DNA from: a virus
Lineage: Duplodnaviria > Caudoviricetes
Length of the DNA stretch: 27,892 bases
Strand: one strand, 5' to 3'
IMG/VR virus record: IMGVR_UViG_3300037479_000486
Span: 1-27,892 of that record
Made by a program: the position numbers and the translations under genes. The stretch's first letter is position 1. Each line of letters begins with the position of its first letter. The notes beneath the pieces are model-generated. The model saw only the letters and a program-made list of their open reading frames with translations, had not been told where the DNA came from and searched no databases. Shown here in pieces: positions 17,222-25,101 of this stretch.

Positions 17222-17997
17222 AGCGCCTCCTGCAGGTCCAGCCGGTGAGCAAATCGAAATCCTTCGCTCGCGTAACTGGTCGCGCGCCCGCTCAAATCCC
17301 CGTTGAGCCGCGCATAGATCAGTTCAACCTCCGGCGCGCTCCCCGACGTCTCGTCGAGCTGGAAGACAAAGGGCGTGTGCCGGCCCAGTGTTTCGAAAAT
17401 GTTCTCCAGGTCGTTGACCTGGCTCCACGGGTGATGTTCCAGCTCGATGCGCCAACGGCGGAACTTTGGGCGCACGTCGCTGCTGATCTGGCCCCCAGCA
17501 CTGGGCTGATGCACCGAGGGATCGACCTTGACCCGCTCGAATCCGAGAAACTCTGGGGCGTGTGATGTGGTGAAGTAATTGCCGAGGAACATTGTCCCCA
17601 ACGTCAACACGTTGCTCGCCGCGTCCTTGGTCACGAGCAGGCGCCAATAGCGATAGCTCTGAGCCGCAAACGTCGCGACCCAGAAGCCACTGACGTTCTC
17701 GAGAGTGAAGGCCGACGTGCTGAAGGGCGGGCTGCCCCATGAATTGCTCGAGTTGGCTTGCAGCGTCGGGTTTGGGGGCGCGCCAGGGTTATCGTAATCG
17801 ACCAGCACGCAGCTCGTGATGCTCTGCGCGCTGCCCAGATCGAGCACGATGTTCTCGCTCGACAGGGTGGTCCCACTCTTCCACTTCCATTCGCGCTGCG
17901 GGTTGAGCGCGTAGGTCGCGGGGAATTCCTGCTGCTCGCTGGACGGCGTGATCAACACCCCGGCCAGCGCGGCTTTGTTGTCATGCCAGATGCGCAC
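17218..17997 (-). CDS. Distal tail-like protein
   Basis: Position after the tape measure gene; SSEQ..FPA, LDLGSAQSI and YRYWRL motifs. Confidence 0.7.
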   Translation of the reverse strand: MRIWHDNKAALAGVLITPSSEQQEFPATYALNPQREWKWKSGTTLSSENIVLDLGSAQSITSCVLVDYDNPGAPPNPTLQANSSNSWGSPPFSTSAFTLENVSGFWVATFAAQSYRYWRLLVTKDAASNVLTLGTMFLGNYFTTSHAPEFLGFERVKVDPSVHQPSAGGQISSDVRPKFRRWRIELEHHPWSQVNDLENIFETLGRHTPFVFQLDETSGSAPEVELIYARLNGDLSGRATSYASEGFRFAHRLDLQEAL

Positions 17998-18305
17998 TAG
18001 CTCCGTTGCGCCGGCGTTTCGTCGGGCACGATCGCGTCCAGCGTTTCGGCATCGGCTTTCAGCTCGTCGAGGAGCGTTTGAGCGGCGGCCGGGATCTCCG
18101 TGTTCTCCAAGGCCTCGGTCAGGCGGTCGATCTTGTCCGTCACCTCGGCGATGCCTTTGCGCAGTTGGTCACGCACCTTCGCCAGTTCAGCGGCCAGTTC
18201 ATTCAGTTTGGTCATGATTTTGTTCCTTTCGTGTTGTTCGATGCGCCAGAGCCAGGCAACCAGCCCGACCCAGGGCGCAATGAAGAGCAGCCCCTCCCAT
18301 ATCAC
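17997..18305 (-). CDS. Single-TM coiled-coil protein, 102 aa
   Basis: GTG 18305 overlaps the TMP stop; WEGLLFIAPWVGLVAWLW then heptad-like MTKLNELAAELAKVRDQL... Confidence 0.7.
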   Translation of the reverse strand: MIWEGLLFIAPWVGLVAWLWRIEQHERNKIMTKLNELAAELAKVRDQLRKGIAEVTDKIDRLTEALENTEIPAAAQTLLDELKADAETLDAIVPDETPAQRS

Positions 18306-20341
18306 GCCGGGACCTCCGTGATGGCGCGAGGGTGAATCGTAAGCACGCCGTCCCGGGAGAGTTGCCAGAACGTCTCTCCGACCGGCCGGCCGCCGATGTA
18401 ATTCTGGACGGTCAAATGGATCGGCGCCGGGGCTTCCTGGCGGTCCAAGAATTCCCGCAAATCGCGATTGGCCTCCGGTTGCAGCACAGCCTCCCCGCGG
18501 CGCAACAGGAAGGTCGAATCGTCTGGCACGAAATCCAGTCCGCCATGAGCGACGCCGGCCGGCTCGGAGGATGCGATGGCCGCGATTTGCGCCGCCCCGG
18601 CCGCCGCCACGATACCGCCCACGACAAGCGAGAAGGGCCATGGCCAATCTGCCAAGGCGCGCGCCACACCGGCCGCCGTGCTGACGACGGCTTGCGCGCT
18701 CGCCAGTGCTTGATAGACCGCGTAACCCTTTTTGCCGAAGACCCGCGCCGCTTGCGCCAAAGTGCCGAGTTGATCCGCCACCGCGCTCACGGTTTGCCAG
18801 CCGACGTCGCGTTTCTTTTTCTCGTAGGCCTGGAAGGCCAGGGTGGAGAGTCGCCAGGATTCATCCTCCTCGATGCGCATCCGGGCGATCTGTTCGAGGC
18901 GGCTGGCGTATTCGGCCTCAACAGCGGCGCGGCGCTGATTGATCCCGTCCAGGGCATCGAGCGTGAATTGCCGCTCCAATTCGCGGGCTTGACGCTGAGC
19001 GTCTATCTGCCGCTGCAGCATTAGTTCTGTCGCATCCACGGTGGCGACATTCGGCGCATTCGTCAGGTCACTGCCGGCGGCTGCTCCGGGCGTTGCGGCC
19101 AACACCGTGGATGGACGGTTGAAGATGGCGTCGCGACGTTGGACGTACTGTTCGGCGGTTTCGAGGAGCTGGTCGTAAGCGTTGGTCGCATCCAGCTTGA
19201 CCTGTTCCCAATTCAACAGCCCGACCCGTCGCGCTTCGACGGCGGTTTCCTCGATCCCCTGGAAACCGGCCCGCATGATGTCTTCGACCGCCCCAGCGAA
19301 TTGACTGGCCGTGATTTTTCCTTGCTGGAGCGCCCCGGCAAAATCCCGACTGATGATCCGTTGCGCTACATCGCCGAAGCCGGCCAGGACCTTGGTCGCC
19401 TCCACAAACGCCTTGCCGACATCCACGGCCGTGCGGCCCAGACCCTCAAACACGGCAATCGTCGCGCGGACGGTGGTCTGAACGGCGCCGAAGGCGGTGA
19501 GCAGAATTCCTCCAATGGCCGTGGCCAGGAATGAAATGCCATGCCAGGTCGCCAACGCCGCTGCGGCCATATACTGCAACCCAGTCGTCACGATCCGCAC
19601 TCGTTCGGCGAACGTCGCAGTTGATTGGTCGCGCAGCAGGTTGAGAAGTTGGATCAGATTCGGCAGGACTTGGCGGGCGACTTCCAAGCCAACGGCGAAG
19701 ATGCGTTCCTTGAGCACCCGCAGTTGATCGTTGAAGCTTGCGGCTTGCCGGGCCATTTCCGGCGTGACGACAGCCGCGTCTTCACCCATCCGCCGCAGAC
19801 CTTCCCGGCCGGCGTTCAGGAGGGGAATCAACGCCGTTCCCGATTTGCCGAACAATTCCGTAGCAAGAGCCGCTTTCTCCGCGCCGTCCCGATAGGTGCT
19901 GAACGCTTCCGCCACATCCGCGATGACATGTTCGGTGGCTCGCAATCGGCCGTCGGCCTCCTGAATGTTCACGCCGATGATCCGGAACGCTTCAGCCGCT
20001 TTCGAAGCCGGATTGCCTGCCGCTTCGGCAAGATTATTCGAGAGGTGTCGCACGCTTGTTTGGAGCGTGTCCAATTCCACATCCGAAAGTGACGCCGCGA
20101 AGCGCAAGCGCGAGAGCGCTTCGACGCCGATCCCTGTCCGCTGGGCCGCCTTGCCCATTTCATCGGCGTAGTCGATGGCGTTCTTCGTCAGGGCGGCGAC
20201 GCTCGCCACGGCCGCGCCGGCCGCCAAAGTGGCATACTGGCCGACGGCGTTGGTGAGCGCGCGGACGTTGCCCAGCGCCCCACGAAAACCTGGCCCCGTC
20301 CGGTCGCTCGCCTTGAGCAGAATTTCTACGATGTTCGCCAT
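18302..20341 (-). CDS. Tail tape measure protein
   Basis: MANIVEILLKASDRT, AQRTGIGVEALSRL, LFGKSGTALIPLLN, Ala-rich helix, C-terminal AHGGLDFVP...LLRRGEAVL. Confidence 0.92.
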   Translation of the reverse strand: MANIVEILLKASDRTGPGFRGALGNVRALTNAVGQYATLAAGAAVASVAALTKNAIDYADEMGKAAQRTGIGVEALSRLRFAASLSDVELDTLQTSVRHLSNNLAEAAGNPASKAAEAFRIIGVNIQEADGRLRATEHVIADVAEAFSTYRDGAEKAALATELFGKSGTALIPLLNAGREGLRRMGEDAAVVTPEMARQAASFNDQLRVLKERIFAVGLEVARQVLPNLIQLLNLLRDQSTATFAERVRIVTTGLQYMAAAALATWHGISFLATAIGGILLTAFGAVQTTVRATIAVFEGLGRTAVDVGKAFVEATKVLAGFGDVAQRIISRDFAGALQQGKITASQFAGAVEDIMRAGFQGIEETAVEARRVGLLNWEQVKLDATNAYDQLLETAEQYVQRRDAIFNRPSTVLAATPGAAAGSDLTNAPNVATVDATELMLQRQIDAQRQARELERQFTLDALDGINQRRAAVEAEYASRLEQIARMRIEEDESWRLSTLAFQAYEKKKRDVGWQTVSAVADQLGTLAQAARVFGKKGYAVYQALASAQAVVSTAAGVARALADWPWPFSLVVGGIVAAAGAAQIAAIASSEPAGVAHGGLDFVPDDSTFLLRRGEAVLQPEANRDLREFLDRQEAPAPIHLTVQNYIGGRPVGETFWQLSRDGVLTIHPRAITEVPA

Positions 20342-20351
20342 GTCACATTCG

Positions 20352-20537
20352 TTACTTGCGTCTCATTCGTGCCCGGGCCTTTTTGGCTTCGCGCTCGTCG
20401 GCTTCCGCGCCGGCGCTTGCGACGTGATAGACCAGGGCAAAATCTCTAACCGGCAGCCGCAACAGATCCGTCGGCAGGCAGTGGTATCTCTGGGCCAGCC
20501 GATCCAGGAGCAGGAGTTGATTCTTGTTGCGCAGGAA
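20352..20537 (-). CDS. gpT-like frameshift extension of the tail assembly chaperone
   Basis: +1 frame after CCG-TTT-CCT: FLRNKNQLLLLDRLAQRYHCLPTDLLRLPVRDFALVYHVA...MRRK*; no usable start of its own near the 5' end. Confidence 0.7.
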   Translation of the reverse strand, partial: FLRNKNQLLLLDRLAQRYHCLPTDLLRLPVRDFALVYHVASAGAEADEREAKKARARMRRK

Positions 20538-20934
20538 ACGGCGCCGCCGCGGCGGCCGCCTCCTCGTCCAGCCCGCTCAATTGTTTTACCGCCGCCAAAA
20601 TCGCCTTGGCGTCCGCGGGCGGCAGATCCTCGATCACCAGTTCGTCTTCCGCCTCGTCGCCGAAATGCTTATCGACGATCCGCAGGCGCCGGTTGCCGAC
20701 CCGGTAGTGGGCCGTGCATTCGCAAAGGATCATCCGGTCGACTTGCCGTTGCACCTTGAGATCGGTCTCGGTCAGTTCGCGCTCCCGCCTCGAATCGGCG
20801 GTCCCGTTCTTGCGGAGCTGCAGGACCAGCGGCAACAGCCCGGTCGAGAGGTAATCCCCCTCGCGCACGGGGCGAATCAGCACGGTCGCGCCACTCGGCA
20901 GGGTGATGGTGCGTCGCTCGCCTTTGATGGTCAT
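20446..20934 (-). CDS. Tail assembly chaperone (gpG-like)
   Basis: ATG 20934 in a TGATG overlap; ITLPSGATVLIRP motif; directly upstream of the TMP. Confidence 0.8.
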   Translation of the reverse strand: MTIKGERRTITLPSGATVLIRPVREGDYLSTGLLPLVLQLRKNGTADSRRERELTETDLKVQRQVDRMILCECTAHYRVGNRRLRIVDKHFGDEAEDELVIEDLPPADAKAILAAVKQLSGLDEEAAAAAAPFPAQQESTPAPGSAGPEIPLPADGSVAAAG

Positions 20935-22220
20935 CACCAGGTGAACCAGTTGGTCCCACGGCAGACCAATCGGAGAGTGCCGTAGGCCGTCGTTATCGCC
21001 TTGTTTGTCGTTCCCTCGATGTTGTCCTGCACCACGACCGACTGCCAACTCGTGTTCAGCCACTGGTTGGTGTACCTCCAGCCGTTCACGAAAATGTTGG
21101 TCGAAGCGGCGGCGCCCGATTCGTCCTTGATGATGATCACCCGCTCCTGAAAGGGCTGTTCCCGGGTGCCGGCATCCAGGGGTTGGCCAACCCAAGTCCC
21201 GCCCGGCAGGAATATGTTCGTCGTCGGATGGCGCACGCCGATGTAATACTCGCTCTGAGAACAGAAGTGATTCCCAGCCGACGTCTGGACGATCTTCAAT
21301 CCCTGTGTGTCCGTGCGCACCGTGTGTCGCGGGGATGGAGTAGGGCGCACCCAGACTTCGGCAATCTTGGGCCGGTATTTGGCGGGCGAAGGGCCAGCGT
21401 AAGGGCTGAACTCGAAATAGAGGTTGGTGCTCCAGTAGGTGTCTCCCTGCCAATGGTAGTAGTTGGTTTCGAACCCATCCCATGAAGCGTAAAACACGTT
21501 CCCGCCCACGTAACCGATTTCCGCCGTGTGCCATTGGTTGGTCAGTTCCGGCAGGGTAAATCCCGGCGGTCGATTGGCGTACTTGTAAATCTGGATGACG
21601 CTGTTCAAGCCGTTGGTCAGGAATTCCAATCCTGCCCCCAACGCATTGCCCCCGTTCTGGAAACCGCCATGCATCGCGCTCGTCAAAAAACTTCCGCCGC
21701 CCGGTGCCGCCGATGAACATCCGAACCCGAGTTGGCCAGCGTTGGCATCACCCGAGTTGTCGCGCAATTCGTGGGTGTAACGGATTCCGATGGTGTAATT
21801 GCGCGTGTTCGTGACGGTGAGGAAGAAATAGACGGCGTTGACGTTATTGGTCTGGCCATAGTGCGCTGTCGAGGGGCGCAGGTTCCCGTCCTCGATCACG
21901 GCGACGCCGGAAAAGGGCGCGCTATCGACATTCGTGCGGATGTCGCATTTGTGCCCGCTCAACGTCGTAAAGTTCGAGCTGAGCGATCCCTCCGGCATGG
22001 TCGCGAAATTATGGTAGATGAAGAATCCCCCCAGCCGATTGGTCTGCGAGGCTAAGACATGGCCCCACTTGGCGGCCTTGGTCTGTCCGACCGCGGTGCC
22101 TTCGCTAACCAAGAGTCTGGTATCGGACCCGAGCCGGTTAGTGGTGGGGAGCTGATAAAGATTCGTCGTCGCCGCGCTGGCGACGCACACGCTCAAGACA
22201 AGTAACAAGAGGCTTCGCAT
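20934..22220 (-). CDS. Fibre-like protein with signal peptide, TN-rich
   Basis: MRSLLLLVLSVCVASA|ATTNLYQLP; C-terminal YYIGV...IIKDESGAAASTNI...IEG...YGTLRLVCRGTNWF phage-fibre module; about 15 TN. Confidence 0.8.
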   Translation of the reverse strand: MRSLLLLVLSVCVASAATTNLYQLPTTNRLGSDTRLLVSEGTAVGQTKAAKWGHVLASQTNRLGGFFIYHNFATMPEGSLSSNFTTLSGHKCDIRTNVDSAPFSGVAVIEDGNLRPSTAHYGQTNNVNAVYFFLTVTNTRNYTIGIRYTHELRDNSGDANAGQLGFGCSSAAPGGGSFLTSAMHGGFQNGGNALGAGLEFLTNGLNSVIQIYKYANRPPGFTLPELTNQWHTAEIGYVGGNVFYASWDGFETNYYHWQGDTYWSTNLYFEFSPYAGPSPAKYRPKIAEVWVRPTPSPRHTVRTDTQGLKIVQTSAGNHFCSQSEYYIGVRHPTTNIFLPGGTWVGQPLDAGTREQPFQERVIIIKDESGAAASTNIFVNGWRYTNQWLNTSWQSVVVQDNIEGTTNKAITTAYGTLRLVCRGTNWFTW

Positions 22221-22221
22221 A

Positions 22222-22575
22222 TCAAATCTCGCTGGTTGGCACTTCCAATTCCACGCCGCCCCCCACCTCGAGGGTGACGTCGCCGCCTACCTCGAGGCGC
22301 GGTTGGCCGGTCATATCGATCATCCCCGGCGGGCTATGATCCATGCTCATGCCGTCCAACGCGCGTGAGCCGGGCGGCGCATTGTCGAATGTGACGCCGC
22401 TGATCGCGCGGCTGCCAGCCGGCGCGTCGTCGTAGTTCATACCTTCCAATGACCTGGAGCCGGCCGGCGCATTGTCGAACGTGATGCCGGTCAGGGTGCG
22501 GCTTCCCGGCGCCGCATCGTCGAAGCTGGTCCCGCTGATTGAGCGGCTCCCGGGCGGTGAATCGTCAAAGGCCAT
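22222..22575 (-). CDS. Tandem-repeat protein (15-aa repeats plus LEVGG repeats)
   Basis: FDDSPPGSRSISGTS-like unit x~6, then LEVGGDVT LEVGGGVE LEV. Confidence 0.75.
   Translation of the reverse strand: MAFDDSPPGSRSISGTSFDDAAPGSRTLTGITFDNAPAGSRSLEGMNYDDAPAGSRAISGVTFDNAPPGSRALDGMSMDHSPPGMIDMTGQPRLEVGGDVTLEVGGGVELEVPTSEI
22306..22569. repeat. Degenerate 45-bp coding tandem repeat
   Basis: Underlies the 15-aa protein repeat; e.g. ggcgcattgtcgaa recurs 90 bp apart. Confidence 0.8.
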
Positions 22576-22609
22576 AGGGCGCTTCGCGCAGGTGCCAAAA
22601 CTTTGAACC

Positions 22610-23368
22610 TTACAACGTGCCGGTGTTCAGGGTGCTGTGGAGCACCGTGAATTCCCACTCGGGCTTGACCAGCTCGGCGCCGATGCTGACCTCCCCAGGA
22701 ATGACCAGCTCGCCATACACGTGCAGGAGCAGGGTGAGGGCGTCGGCTTGGTCGTAGCACTGCATGAGCAGCCAGCCCTTCTTTTGCGGCCCTTCTTGCG
22801 GATTGAATTGGGTCGAGGAGCCGGTCAGTGCGTTGGTTCGCAACAGGCATTCGACCATGAAAGGCGTCATCTCTTGCGTGACGGCCTTCACCATCATCAT
22901 CCCTTTGACCCGGATCCGATCATCGAGGACGAACTGGCCGGGGTTGGGTTGCCACACGTCGATAGCGTCGCCTGGCTCGCGCTGGATAGAGGCCCCTTCA
23001 ATCACGCCCAAGTCGATGTAGCCGGCGTCCGTCGCGCTCGGCCGGTTGGTCTTCGATCCGGTCCCGGTCTGCGTGACGGTGCCGGCGGTGTCGGCGGTCG
23101 TGGATTCGTTCGAGCCAGTGTTGGCGTACGTGAACGTCGTAGCGTTCACGACCGTGATGGTCACGTTCGACTGGTTATAACCGGCCCCGCCCAAGCCGGC
23201 CAGGGTCACGATGGCGCCGGTGAACAGGCCGTGGGCGGTCGCCGTCACGATCGTGGCCACGTTGCTCGAGCGGGCGCGGCTGGCCGTGGCGACGAAAAAG
23301 GTGATGGCATCCCCGTTGCGGAAGAAAAAGAGGTGTGTTCCGAGGACTTTGGGTTCAGTGGTGAGCAT
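22610..23368 (-). CDS. Tail tube (major tail) protein with an FCCH-like inserted domain
   Basis: Between the terminator and chaperone genes; YIDLGVIE and KKGWLLMQ motifs; insert TATAHGLFTGAIVTLAG...YN...TTFTY. Confidence 0.75.
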   Translation of the reverse strand: MLTTEPKVLGTHLFFFRNGDAITFFVATASRARSSNVATIVTATAHGLFTGAIVTLAGLGGAGYNQSNVTITVVNATTFTYANTGSNESTTADTAGTVTQTGTGSKTNRPSATDAGYIDLGVIEGASIQREPGDAIDVWQPNPGQFVLDDRIRVKGMMMVKAVTQEMTPFMVECLLRTNALTGSSTQFNPQEGPQKKGWLLMQCYDQADALTLLLHVYGELVIPGEVSIGAELVKPEWEFTVLHSTLNTGTL

Positions 23369-23371
23369 AAA

Positions 23372-23803
23372 TCAGAGAGCGACGAGTTTCCGAAAGAAGA
23401 TTTCTGCGGCGAGCAATCCCTCGTCCTGATCGTCCAGGACAAAGGCTTGCCCATCCAATTGCCAGCGGTCGCGCGGATTGGGTGGATCGGGCAGATCGAT
23501 CATGGCGTGGATGATGGCCGCAATGAAGTCCTCGAACGTCCCGGGGCTCTGCGCGTAAATTTGCAGGCTGATTTCGAGTCGGATGGCAATCGTGACCAAG
23601 GCTGTGGCCAGACCGGCGCCCTGGCTGGTCGTGGTGGCATCGAGCGGCAAACTGACGAGCACGACGAATCCGCGGTCCTTCAGTGCTGTCTCCGCTGCGC
23701 TCAACGACTTGCCGCGGTCGGCCAACACGACTTCGCCTTCGAAGTAATCGTGGGCCTTGATCCGATCGACAGCCGCGGCCTGAAGTTGGTGCAGGCGGAG
23801 CAT
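23372..23803 (-). CDS. Tail terminator-like protein
   Basis: 143 aa, acidic, directly upstream of the tail tube gene. Confidence 0.6.
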   Translation of the reverse strand: MLRLHQLQAAAVDRIKAHDYFEGEVVLADRGKSLSAAETALKDRGFVVLVSLPLDATTTSQGAGLATALVTIAIRLEISLQIYAQSPGTFEDFIAAIIHAMIDLPDPPNPRDRWQLDGQAFVLDDQDEGLLAAEIFFRKLVAL

Positions 23804-23806
23804 GGT

Positions 23807-24475
23807 TCACAACGCCTCCTTGACCTTACGTTCGATGTAGGCCCGGATATCCCGCGTCACATCGCGCAGGCTCAAGGCGATGATGGCCCGCGCCTTCGGG
23901 CGGGAGAGACCGGCGCCTGCTTGGCCCGACAATTCCGATTGCGAGGGATTCCAGGTGAAGCGGGCGTGCGCGTCCGCGCTGAGCGACACGCCCGCTTTAG
24001 ACAGCACGGGTCCGAAACGACTTTCGGCCGCGCCGCTAATCTTCAGTTCGCGAGGGTAGCGAGCCGACACGCTAAGGAAACCGCGCCCCGCTTCGCGCGT
24101 GTTCAATTCGCGTTGCACCATCAGCGCCTGCAGGTTCAACCGCTTGCCGCCGCGCCGGATGGTGGCGACGGATTTCTTGCCCCGCATGAAGCGCGTTTGG
24201 CGGGTGCGCACGTCGCTATGGGCCCCAAGCCGCCGCATGAGCGCCTCGCGGATGCGGGGTCGGATACGCACCCCTTCGCCGCGGGCCAACGCGCTCAACC
24301 GTTCCGCACGGATCGAGCCCTTGCGCGGAGCCAGGCCGCGCAGACGGCGGGAGAGCGTGTAAGCAAACTTGCCCCCTTGCTTCGCGATCGCCTCGCCGGG
24401 GAGCTTGCCCGACAGCGCGATGTACCGGGCCAGCGCGCGGTTCAGATCGGCCAGGTTGTGGGTAACGGCGATCAT
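23807..24475 (-). CDS. Basic neck / tail-completion protein (HK97 gp10-like position)
   Basis: ATG 24475 in an ATGA overlap; very Arg-rich; position before the terminator gene. Confidence 0.6.
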   Translation of the reverse strand: MIAVTHNLADLNRALARYIALSGKLPGEAIAKQGGKFAYTLSRRLRGLAPRKGSIRAERLSALARGEGVRIRPRIREALMRRLGAHSDVRTRQTRFMRGKKSVATIRRGGKRLNLQALMVQRELNTREAGRGFLSVSARYPRELKISGAAESRFGPVLSKAGVSLSADAHARFTWNPSQSELSGQAGAGLSRPKARAIIALSLRDVTRDIRAYIERKVKEAL

Positions 24476-25101
24476 GGGCAGGTGAGCTGGTAACAGGTGA
24501 GGCCATCGAGCCGGTTTGTGACCAGGCGCCAGGGCAGACAGGTGTCCCGCCAGGAGACCACGACTCCCGGCGCGACCGCGCATGAGCGGCGTGGAAATTG
24601 AGAATTGAGAATTGAGAATTGAGAATTCGAAGCGCGCAGATCGAGCAGTTGCCGCGTCAGCATCGGTTCGATCTCGCCCCGCGGGTGATAACTGATCCAC
24701 TGGCGGAGCGGACGTCCGCGGACGTCGTAGAGGATGGTCAAAGGTATCCGGCAGCCGCTCTCCCACCAGGACTCACACGCTTCGTCGAGCAGGAAAACGC
24801 CCGCCGGACAAGTGTTCGATGCTCCCGGCACGCGGCGGCGCCAATCGGCCACCGCCGCGGCCGTATCGCAGGGGAACAACAGCAGAACCTGCGTGTCGGG
24901 ATAATCGCGTTGCAAGGGCGCCGCGGCCATCTGGACCGCCCAGTCAACCGGCGCGCATTGGGTGCCCCCGAAGATGACGAGCGTTACCTGGCCAGTTGGG
25001 GACCGCTCCACCCCGTCGATGTCCCGGACCGTCCAGGCCCGAGATTCGCCGCAACAAAGCGCAAGGAGCGCAAACAGGAGAAGGCTTTTCAAAAGGTCCA
25101 C
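24472..25101 (-). CDS. Exported thioredoxin-fold (TlpA/redoxin-like) protein with a degenerate active site
   Basis: Signal peptide; WTVRDIDG...GQVTLVIFGGTQCAPV (CxxC reduced to CxxV); IPLTILYDVRG cis-Pro loop. Confidence 0.6.
   Translation of the reverse strand: MDLLKSLLLFALLALCCGESRAWTVRDIDGVERSPTGQVTLVIFGGTQCAPVDWAVQMAAAPLQRDYPDTQVLLLFPCDTAAAVADWRRRVPGASNTCPAGVFLLDEACESWWESGCRIPLTILYDVRGRPLRQWISYHPRGEIEPMLTRQLLDLRASNSQFSILNSQFPRRSCAVAPGVVVSWRDTCLPWRLVTNRLDGLTCYQLTCP
24596..24627. repeat. Heptamer microsatellite (AATTGAG)x4 + AATT
   Basis: Perfect AT-rich 7-bp repeat inside a GC-rich CDS. Confidence 0.95.

Noticed and set aside
22306-22569. CRISPR-like array
   Set aside because: Repeats are degenerate, contiguous and in-frame coding, with no unique spacers and no cas genes
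22637-24493. 618-aa plus-strand ORF (and similar ones such as 2734..3693 minus and 18332..19024 plus)
   Set aside because: Antisense shadows of well-supported genes in high-GC DNA; no recognisable motifs
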